From contig CAZDED010000003.1 in the NCBI GenBank assembly GCA_964504535.1, positions 6,850 to 70,849 of the forward strand: a stretch of 64,000 nt of DNA. The letters are read 5' to 3'. The translations under genes were made by a program, and so were the position numbers. Under the pieces are notes generated by a model. It was not told where the DNA came from and did no database searches. It was given only the letters and a program-made list of their open reading frames with translations. Shown here one piece after another: positions 54,485 to 64,000 of the stretch; position 1 is the first letter of the stretch, and each line of letters opens with the position of its first letter. The DNA comes from an uncultured Gammaproteobacteria bacterium (GTDB taxonomy: Bacteria > Patescibacteriota > Microgenomatia > Levybacterales > GWA1-39-11).

Positions 54485-56230
54485 ATGCCAACTGTCCAAA
54501 ATCAATTTAATTCACCAGTCGATAGCGCCGGACCAAGCATTGGAAGCATTCTTGTTCAGGAAAAATTGTTGAGCCCCGAACAATTTACCAATCTAAAAGT
54601 TGAAGCAGCAAAGCAGAACATAGATATCGACAAACTCATTCACGATCTTCAGATAATACCCGAAGAAAAATATTATGAGGCACAGGCGAAAATGCTCAAT
54701 GTTCCATTTACAAGCGTCACAACACTTCCTTTCTCACCCGAAGCCCTAGGTTTTATTCCTAAATCTGTTGCTGAAAGATTCAGTCTTATTCCATTTGCTT
54801 TTGACCGAGAAGCAAAAGTCCTTTCAGTTGTTATGAGCAACACAAATGATGTTGAGGCAATTGAATTTATAAAGCAAAAAACCGGCGCGACGATCAAGGC
54901 ATTTCAAGGAATTCCTACAGAAGTTTCTCAGGCGATTCAAACCCAATATAGCTTCGGTCTAGTTGGAGAAGTGAAAGCAGCTCTGAAAGAAAGCGAGCAG
55001 ATCCAGAAAGTGAAGACATTTGATCTTCAAAGCATTTCGGAAGTTATTAAAGAAGCACCGATTGCCAAAATCGTGTCTACAATCCTCGAGTATGCTGTAA
55101 AAAGCAGAGCCTCGGATATCCACTTGGAACCACAAGAAGATAGGGTAAGGGTGAGATATAGGATTGACGGTATTCTTTATGAAAGACTATCCTTGCCATT
55201 AGGCGTAAGCGAAGCTGTTATTTCCCGCGTAAAGATATTGTCTGGGCTGAAAATCGATGAGCACAGAACTCCTCAAGATGGACGTTTTAATTTTAAAGTT
55301 GCTGAAGAAGAGGTTGATCTTCGCGTAAGCTCTCTTCCAACTGTTTTTGGAGAAAAAATAGTTATGAGGTTACTTCGAAAATCCGGAGGAGTACCTACGC
55401 TTGCCGATCTTGGTCTTGGCGGCACTTCGTTGCGGACACTTGAGGCTGCAATGCTTCGTCCTCATGGCATAATTCTTGTTTGCGGACCTACCGGTTCTGG
55501 AAAAACTACGACTTTATATGCAGTCCTGTCAAAACTCAACACAACAAGAGTAAATATTCTTACCCTGGAGGATCCTGTCGAGTACCAGATCCCGGGTGCC
55601 AATCAGGTTCAGATCAATGATGACGTGGGACTTACATTTGCAACCGGACTTCGTGCTTTTTTGCGGCAAGATCCAAACATCATACTGGTAGGAGAGATCC
55701 GGGACAAGGAGACGACAGAACTTGCTATACAAGCTTCATTAACGGGACATTTGGTTTTCTCAACCCTTCACACTGATAGTGCATCAGGAGCTCTGCCCCG
55801 TCTTATTGATATGGGCGCAGAAACATTTCTCCTTGCTTCAACCATTAATGCGACAATGGGACAACGTATCGCAAGAAAAATATGTTCACACTGTAAAATA
55901 GAATACACCCCACCACCAGAAATCATTGAGGAAATGAAAAAAGTGCTAGGAACCCTCATGCCAAAAGGCACTGGAGCACCAATAAAATTATTTAAGGGTT
56001 CAGGTTGTGAAGTGTGTGGACATTCGGGTTTTTTGGGAAGGGTCGGGATTTATGAAGTTATGGCTATAAGTGAAGGTATTGCAAAACTCATTTTAGAGCG
56101 AAAAGATAGTTCAACAATAGAAGCAAAAGCGAAAGAAGAGGGCATGATAACCATGAAACAAGACGGATACCTCAAGGTTCTTTCAGGGGTCACAACAATT
56201 GATGAGATTTTGAGAGTCGCGCAAGAATAA
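54485..56230 (+). CDS. pilB: Type IV pilus extension ATPase PilB (GspE family)
   Basis: ASDIHLEP, PQDGR, GPTGSGKTTTLY, LEDPVEY, LRQDPNIILVGEIRD, tetracysteine motif; GAGGA RBS before ATG 54485. Confidence 0.95.
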   Translation: MPTVQNQFNSPVDSAGPSIGSILVQEKLLSPEQFTNLKVEAAKQNIDIDKLIHDLQIIPEEKYYEAQAKMLNVPFTSVTTLPFSPEALGFIPKSVAERFSLIPFAFDREAKVLSVVMSNTNDVEAIEFIKQKTGATIKAFQGIPTEVSQAIQTQYSFGLVGEVKAALKESEQIQKVKTFDLQSISEVIKEAPIAKIVSTILEYAVKSRASDIHLEPQEDRVRVRYRIDGILYERLSLPLGVSEAVISRVKILSGLKIDEHRTPQDGRFNFKVAEEEVDLRVSSLPTVFGEKIVMRLLRKSGGVPTLADLGLGGTSLRTLEAAMLRPHGIILVCGPTGSGKTTTLYAVLSKLNTTRVNILTLEDPVEYQIPGANQVQINDDVGLTFATGLRAFLRQDPNIILVGEIRDKETTELAIQASLTGHLVFSTLHTDSASGALPRLIDMGAETFLLASTINATMGQRIARKICSHCKIEYTPPPEIIEEMKKVLGTLMPKGTGAPIKLFKGSGCEVCGHSGFLGRVGIYEVMAISEGIAKLILERKDSSTIEAKAKEEGMITMKQDGYLKVLSGVTTIDEILRVAQE

Positions 56231-56232
56231 AA

Positions 56233-57300
56233 ATGGACATCAACCAATTATTAGAAAAGGCCATATCAACAAATGCATCAGACCTGCATCTTATGGTGGG
56301 AATTCCACCTGTATACCGTATAAATGGAATGCTTCAGCAACTCTCAACAGTGCCGCCCCTAACAGATCAGCTCCTCGAGCAGATGGTGATGTCTTTGCTC
56401 TCTGCAGCACAAAAAGATATGTTTGTGACTAACCGAGCCTTGGACTTTTCATATGGATACGGTGGAGGAAATTTTGGTGACAAAGGGAGATTTAGGGTCA
56501 ATGTGTACTATCAAAGAAATTCTGTAGCTGCCGCATTTAGATTGCTTCCACCAAAAGTTAAAACCATTGAAGAACTTCGACTTCCTCCCATTTGCCACAA
56601 GTTAGCGACATTAAAACACGGATTTGTTTTGATTACAGGACCTACAGGTCATGGAAAAACCACAACAATTGCATCTATTGTTAATGAAATCAATATGACA
56701 AGAGCCGCAAATATCCTGACTGTTGAGGATCCTATCGAATATGTCTTTCCGAAAGGAAAAAGCATTATTTCACAGAGAGAATTAGGACACGATACATTAT
56801 CGTGGGCAGAGAGTCTCAAGAGTGCTCTTCGCGAAGATCCGGATGTTGTTATTGTTGGCGAAATGCGTGACCCTGAAAGTATCGCGAGTGCGATAACAAT
56901 CGCCGAAACTGGCCATTTAGTGCTCTCGACACTGCATACTAACTCTGCAGCTCAAACAATAGACAGGATCATCGATTCATTCCCAGAGGCTCAACAGAAC
57001 CAGGTAAAAATCCAACTAGCAGCAACACTTGAGGCGGTAGTCTCACAACGATTAATTCCAACTATTGATGGTCAGCGGATTGTCGCAACAGAAGTACTTC
57101 TTGCTACAAATGCTGTCAGGGCAAATATTAGGGAAGGGAAAACTCACCTAATAGATTCTACGATAGAGACATCCTCAGAAGAAGGAATGAATTCCCTTGA
57201 AGCATCACTTGCACAACTCGTTAAAGAAGGCATCATAACCCTTGACGTTGCTCAGGCTTATGCATTAAGACCTGAAAGCCTTGCCCGCATGATGGGATAG
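56233..57300 (+). CDS. pilT: Type IV pilus retraction ATPase PilT
   Basis: ASDLHL, GPTGHGKTTT, EDPIEY, LREDPDV, AETGHLV.STLHT, NIREGK. Confidence 0.95.
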   Translation: MDINQLLEKAISTNASDLHLMVGIPPVYRINGMLQQLSTVPPLTDQLLEQMVMSLLSAAQKDMFVTNRALDFSYGYGGGNFGDKGRFRVNVYYQRNSVAAAFRLLPPKVKTIEELRLPPICHKLATLKHGFVLITGPTGHGKTTTIASIVNEINMTRAANILTVEDPIEYVFPKGKSIISQRELGHDTLSWAESLKSALREDPDVVIVGEMRDPESIASAITIAETGHLVLSTLHTNSAAQTIDRIIDSFPEAQQNQVKIQLAATLEAVVSQRLIPTIDGQRIVATEVLLATNAVRANIREGKTHLIDSTIETSSEEGMNSLEASLAQLVKEGIITLDVAQAYALRPESLARMMG

Positions 57301-57304
57301 AACT

Positions 57305-58507
57305 ATGGATTATTCTTACGTTGCCGCAGACAAGCAGGGACTCAAGCAAAAAGGAAAACTTGAGGCCAATGACCAAAAAGAAGTTATTGATTACCTCCGC
57401 TCGAAGGAGCTGACCCCTCTTGAGGTTAAAAGCCTTGAAAAACGGGAGAGTAGTCTGATGGGTTATTTTTCCCGCGTCAAAGGAAATGACATCGTTCTGT
57501 TTACGAGACAGCTCGCCTCAATGATTCTGACCGGTCTTACCGTTATAGAGAGTTTGAATATCTTAAAGCAGCAGAACAATAAGCCACAGATGCAAAAGAT
57601 TGTCGATGATCTTATCGCAAATCTTTCAGAAGGAAAACCTTTGTCCACTGCACTTGCAAATTATCCGGCGGTTTTTTCGACAACATACATAGCTCTTATA
57701 AAATCGGCAGAGGAGGGTGGTATCTTAGATAAAGTTTTAGCACGTCTTGCAGACAATCTTGAAAAATCTGAAGAGGTCCATAAAAGAGTAAAGTCAGCAC
57801 TATTTTATCCGGGCATCATCATCTCGGGCGTGGTTATCGTTATCGTCATGATGAATGTATTTGTTATCCCACAAATGGGAGCCTTATACGAAAGCCTTGA
57901 TCTGCAATTACCCATTATGACAAGAATTGTGCTTGCCGGATCAAAATTGACGACAACACTTCTTCCATTTTCTATCTTCTTTATTATCGGCGGTTATTTC
58001 GGATTTAAAAGATTTGCAAAAACAGGAACCGGCATACGGATCATCGATAAAATAAAGTTAAGAGCTCCTGTTTTTGGAGACATCGTAAGACTATCTATCT
58101 TGAGCGAGGTATCAAGAACTATTTCATTGCTGGTTAATTCTGGAGCATCCCTTATCGGCGCATTAAATATTGCTGCCGATGTTTCCGGAAATGTTTATTA
58201 CAAAAGTGCACTCAAAGGAACGAGCGCTCTTGTTGAAAAAGGAGCCGGGCTGTCGGTTGCTTTACAAAATCAGATGATATTTCCACCACTTATGATTCAG
58301 ATGGTAAAAGTCGGTGAGTCGACAGGAAAAATTGACGAATCCCTTCTAAAAGTAAGCGAGTATTTTGAAAGGGACCTTGACATTAAAGTAAAGACTCTTA
58401 CTACATCCATCGAACCTATTCTTATTATTATTCTGGGAGTCTCGGTAGCATTTCTTATTATCTCAGTTATTACCCCAATCTATTCACTGGTATCTCAAAT
58501 TCAATAG
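57305..58507 (+). CDS. pilC: Type IV pilus platform protein PilC (GspF family)
   Basis: FTRQLASM, AEEGG.LD.VL.RLAD, SALFYP, VGESTGKID, IEP. Confidence 0.95.
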   Translation: MDYSYVAADKQGLKQKGKLEANDQKEVIDYLRSKELTPLEVKSLEKRESSLMGYFSRVKGNDIVLFTRQLASMILTGLTVIESLNILKQQNNKPQMQKIVDDLIANLSEGKPLSTALANYPAVFSTTYIALIKSAEEGGILDKVLARLADNLEKSEEVHKRVKSALFYPGIIISGVVIVIVMMNVFVIPQMGALYESLDLQLPIMTRIVLAGSKLTTTLLPFSIFFIIGGYFGFKRFAKTGTGIRIIDKIKLRAPVFGDIVRLSILSEVSRTISLLVNSGASLIGALNIAADVSGNVYYKSALKGTSALVEKGAGLSVALQNQMIFPPLMIQMVKVGESTGKIDESLLKVSEYFERDLDIKVKTLTTSIEPILIIILGVSVAFLIISVITPIYSLVSQIQ

Positions 58508-58585
58508 CCCCATCAACCGCTTCAACTGTATCAACCTCATCCTTAGCCCATCACAGTCCAATTTTGCTAATTTCCCCCCCACTCA

Positions 58586-58606
58586 CTTAGGGGTCCGACC
58601 CCTAAG
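58586..58606. repeat. REP-like palindrome 1
   Basis: CTTAGGGGTC-C-GACCCCTAAG perfect inverted repeat. Confidence 0.85.
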
Positions 58607-58639
58607 CATATATTTTTCATTTTTCAGCCACATTTTAAG

Positions 58640-58658
58640 TTAGGGGTCCGACCCCTAA
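58640..58658. repeat. REP-like palindrome 2
   Basis: TTAGGGGTC-C-GACCCCTAA. Confidence 0.85.
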
Positions 58659-58673
58659 ATGGTATAGTGAATT

Positions 58674-59321
58674 ATGCCATCAAAATACGTTGTTCGAAAT
58701 TACACTGAAGGGGGCATCTACCATATATTTAATCGTGGAGTGGAAAAGAGGAAGATATTCATGTCTAGTCAAGACTATAGAATATTCATGTATTACATTT
58801 TTGTTTATACTGCGCCACTGCCAAAAGTATTAACTTCATATCCGAACCATCCTTTTCGACTTCAGCAAAAAAATTTATCAAATGAAGTAGAAATTCTCGC
58901 TTATTGTCTAATGCCAAACCATTTCCACTTTCTCTTAAAGCAAAACACAAAAGACGGTATTACTAAATTCATGAAGCAGATGACAAATGCTTACACTGAA
59001 TATTTTAACAAGAAGTATAAACGTGAAGGAGGGCTAATGCAGGGGAAATATAAAGCAGCAGAAGTTGAATCAGACAAAATACTATTACATATATCACGAT
59101 ACATCCATTTAAACCCGGTTGTCGCTGGACTTTGTGAGAAGGTAAACGATTACCCTTGGTCATCAATTAACGAATTTGTTGAAAATAAAGAAATCTTATG
59201 TCATATAAAATCAGTTCTAGAACAGTTTTCGTCATCAAAAAAATATGAGTCATTTGTTCTAGATCATTTGGATTATGCACGTGAGCTTGAAAACATAAAA
59301 CATGTATTAATGGATGAATAG
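58674..59321 (+). mobile_element. REP-associated tyrosine transposase (RAYT, HUH Y1 family)
   Basis: YHIFNRG, AYCLMPNHFHFLL (HUH), YIHLNPV (catalytic Tyr), YPWSS; flanked by three palindromes with the same core. Confidence 0.9.
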
Positions 59322-59336
59322 GGGTCCGACCCCTAT
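59318..59336. repeat. REP-like palindrome 3 overlapping the RAYT stop codon
   Basis: ATAGGGGTC-C-GACCCCTAT. Confidence 0.85.
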
Positions 59337-59469
59337 AAGACGAGGAGAAACATCCAAGTAAGGTCAAAAACAACCCATCTTTTATTGCCTTATTGCTTCA
59401 AATCTGATACAATATTTTATATTCTTATTATCTTTTGAATTCATTTTGAAACTAAAAACACTTCCCACC

Positions 59470-59498
59470 TTGCAACATCCAAATCGTTTCTATACAAT
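59470..59498 (+). promoter_or_regulatory. Putative gyrB promoter (second candidate at 59385-59413)
   Basis: TTGCAA-N17-TACAAT; upstream TTGCCT-N17-TACAAT. Confidence 0.55.
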
Positions 59499-59511
59499 AG
59501 TTTTTTGTTGA

Positions 59512-61467
<1,956 letters not shown>

Positions 61468-61559
61468 TTAGTAGTTATTAGTCCTCAGTCCTCAGTTTTG
61501 AAACTACAAACTAAGGACTACCAGACTATTAAACTGACAAAGGGGGTGACAATTAATAT

Positions 61560-62069
61560 ATGAAATTAACATACGGAAAAAATAGTCCTTCGGAAGTCAA
61601 TGTTCTCATTGAAATTCCAAAGGGTACAAACGTTAAATATGAGTTTGATAAAGAGATGGAGATCATGGTCGTAGACCGTTTTTCCAAAACGTCCATGAAC
61701 TATCCATTAAATTATGGTTTTGTTCCTGCTACCCTGTCAGGAGACGGAGACCCTGTTGATGTTCTTGTCCTTTCAGAAAAAGCAATTGCACTTGGAACTG
61801 TTATAGCAGTCAAGCCAATTGGAATGCTTGAAATGGAAGATGAAAGTGGAGTAGATGCTAAAGTTCTTGCAGTGCCTGCTGTAACCGGAGACATGTATTC
61901 TTCTTACAATGACATTACAGACGTATCGGATGATCTCAAGGCTCAAATCAAACACTTCTTTGAACATTACAAAGATTTGGATAAGGGAAAATGGGTAAAA
62001 TTGAAAGATTGGTTGGGTCGCGATGCGGCACTAAAGGAAATTACTAATGGCATTAATAATGCAAAGTAA
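61560..62069 (+). CDS. ppa: Soluble inorganic pyrophosphatase (family I)
   Basis: IEIPKG, KYE.DK, YP.NYGF, DGDPVDVLV, DE.G.DAK, HFFEHYK. Confidence 0.95.
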   Translation: MKLTYGKNSPSEVNVLIEIPKGTNVKYEFDKEMEIMVVDRFSKTSMNYPLNYGFVPATLSGDGDPVDVLVLSEKAIALGTVIAVKPIGMLEMEDESGVDAKVLAVPAVTGDMYSSYNDITDVSDDLKAQIKHFFEHYKDLDKGKWVKLKDWLGRDAALKEITNGINNAK

Positions 62070-62122
62070 AAAGTAAATTGAAATTTTTTGCTTTTTTATT
62101 TTTGCTTTTTTAAATTAATATT

Positions 62123-64000
62123 ATGGAAATTGGAAAATTAGAACATATTGATATTTCTACAGAGGCTAAAAAGGCCTATCTGGATTATGCGATGAGCGTA
62201 ATTGTCAGCCGTGCGCTTCCAGACATCAAAGATGGTCTAAAACCAGTTCATAGACGCGTTCTTTTTGCGATGTCTGAGATGAATCTTACGCCTCAAGCAA
62301 AATACGCAAAGTCGGCAAAGATTGTTGGAGAAACCATGGGTAAATACCACCCACATGGAGACATGGCAATCTATGATTCTCTTGTCCGCCTTGCCCAAGA
62401 CTTTTCAATGCGTTACCCACTTGTTGATGGCCAAGGTAATTTTGGATCCATGGACGGGGATTCGGCCGCTGCGATGAGGTACACAGAGGCAAAGCTGACG
62501 CCTTTGGCTATGGAGATGCTTTTTGATATTGATAAAGAGACCGTTGCATTTGGAGACAACTTCGACGGGACAATGAAAGAACCTCTCTATCTTCCCTCAA
62601 AGTTGCCTAACTTGTTACTTATGGGTAGTGAGGGAATTGCTGTTGGTATGGCAACAAAAATCCCACCACATAATTTAGGAGAGGTTATTGATGCTGTAGT
62701 TCACACCATTGACAAGACTACCTATGACACAAAGAAAGACAATGTCGTCAAAAACGCTCAAGAAAGTGATACAGACAAAGAAAAGGAAAAGCAGCAAGCA
62801 CTCGCTGAGACACTAGAATCAAAGCTCTCAAGACTTTCATCAAATGTTGAAATTGATGAACTATTGGAATTCATAAAAGGACCGGATTTCCCAACAGGGG
62901 GAGCTATATTTGACATAGCTGAAATCAGAAATGTTTATAGAACCGGACGGGGAAGGATATTGATCCGAGGAATTGCAAATATTGAAGATATTGGACAAGG
63001 AAAGAGTGCGATTATTATTACAGAATTGCCATATCAGGTAAATAAGGCGGCCCTTGTTGCAAAAATTGCAGAACTGGCAAAACTCAAAAGACTTGAGGGA
63101 ATAACAGATCTTCGGGACGAGTCAGACAGAAGTGGTATTCGTGTGGTTGTTGAGTTAAAACGTGACACCACCCCAAAGAGAGTCTTAAATAATCTATTTA
63201 AACTAACCGCTTTACAAACTTCATTCCCAGCAAACTGTGTCGCGCTTGTTGATGGAATTCCAAAAACAGTAAATCTTAAGATCATGCTTGATGAGTACAT
63301 CAAACACCGTTTCTCAGTTATAACAAAAAGATCAGAGTTTGAACTAGCCCAAGCAAAGGCTCGCATCCACATTTTAGATGGACTTATCATCGCAGTTAAT
63401 AATATTGATGAGGTCGTTGATATCATCAAAAAATCCAAAAATACTGAAGATGCACGTGAGAAATTGATGGCACGATTCAAGCTCTCGGAAATCCAGGCAA
63501 ATGCCATCTTGGACATGCAACTTCGTCGTCTCTCAGCACTTGAAGTTGAGAAATTAGAGGCAGAGTGGAAAGAGATAAAGGCACTTATTGACTACCTTGA
63601 AGGGCTCCTTGCAGATCCACTCAAACTCCTAAAAGTTGTCAGGGATGAATTGGTCGCTATCAAAGAAAAGTATCAGGACGCGAGAAGAACTAAAGTCTAC
63701 AAATCCAAAGTTGATGAATTCTCAGAAGAGGATCTTATTCAAAATGAGCAGACAGTTATTACTATTACCGAAACGGGCTACATAAAGCGTCAGTCGGTCA
63801 CGTCATTCAAGACTCAAGCACGTGGCGGAAAAGGGGTAATGGGCATGAAGACAAAGGATGAAGACAATATAGAACATATTCTATTTTCTGAAACCCATGA
63901 TCACATTTTGTTCTTCACAAATCTTGGCAAGGTTTACGCAACTCGGGTATTTGAGATTGCAGAAGGATCAAGAATAGCAAAGGGGCAAGCTATAGTTAAC
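62123..64000 (+). CDS. gyrA: DNA gyrase subunit A (3' end outside window), not in ORF track
   Basis: ATG 62123: MEIGK...[42 protein letters not shown]; the GyrA-box QARGGKG near 63815-63836 distinguishes it from ParC. Confidence 0.96.
   Translation, partial: MEIGKLEHIDISTEAKKAYLDYAMSVIVSRALPDIKDGLKPVHRRVLFAMSEMNLTPQAKYAKSAKIVGETMGKYHPHGDMAIYDSLVRLAQDFSMRYPLVDGQGNFGSMDGDSAAAMRYTEAKLTPLAMEMLFDIDKETVAFGDNFDGTMKEPLYLPSKLPNLLLMGSEGIAVGMATKIPPHNLGEVIDAVVHTIDKTTYDTKKDNVVKNAQESDTDKEKEKQQALAETLESKLSRLSSNVEIDELLEFIKGPDFPTGGAIFDIAEIRNVYRTGRGRILIRGIANIEDIGQGKSAIIITELPYQVNKAALVAKIAELAKLKRLEGITDLRDESDRSGIRVVVELKRDTTPKRVLNNLFKLTALQTSFPANCVALVDGIPKTVNLKIMLDEYIKHRFSVITKRSEFELAQAKARIHILDGLIIAVNNIDEVVDIIKKSKNTEDAREKLMARFKLSEIQANAILDMQLRRLSALEVEKLEAEWKEIKALIDYLEGLLADPLKLLKVVRDELVAIKEKYQDARRTKVYKSKVDEFSEEDLIQNEQTVITITETGYIKRQSVTSFKTQARGGKGVMGMKTKDEDNIEHILFSETHDHILFFTNLGKVYATRVFEIAEGSRIAKGQAIVN

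Noticed and set aside
58674-59321. IS200/IS605 element with TnpB
   Set aside because: No tnpB; protein length and motifs plus multiple palindromes fit RAYT.
63034-63516. 160-aa minus-strand ORF
   Set aside because: Antisense shadow of gyrA.

Overview
AT-rich bacterial chromosome segment, most consistent with a Patescibacteria/CPR (Microgenomates-like) genome. That assignment is inferred from gene content, short holB, absence of rimM and many apparently leaderless genes; TGA is used as stop (code 11). The left 24 kb is one uninterrupted minus-strand ORF that the ORF track misses because its stop lies outside the window: ATG at 24086, at least 8,028 codons. It encodes a giant, highly repetitive surface/fibre-like protein with an N-terminal degenerate MerR-type HTH and one membrane anchor. 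Directly upstream and co-oriented is a divergent F-type ATPase cluster (b-delta-alpha-gamma-beta-epsilon) with no atpB/atpE at the usual position. About 2.5 kb further upstream is a gene whose C-terminus is a subunit-c-like hairpin lacking the ion-binding Glu, fused to a secreted domain. This set is the best candidate for an undescribed system: a possibly ion-uncoupled rotary ATPase beside a giant surface fibre. The rest holds housekeeping genes (PBP1A, tyrS, recG, rpmF-nusB-rnc, rpsP-khpA-trmD, gyrB-ppa-gyrA), a type IV pilus locus with an embedded DUF2723/TMEM260-like glycosyltransferase, a RAYT transposase with three palindromic REP-like flanks, two frameshifted genes and scattered 7-nt tandem repeats. 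No rRNA, tRNA or CRISPR array was recognised.
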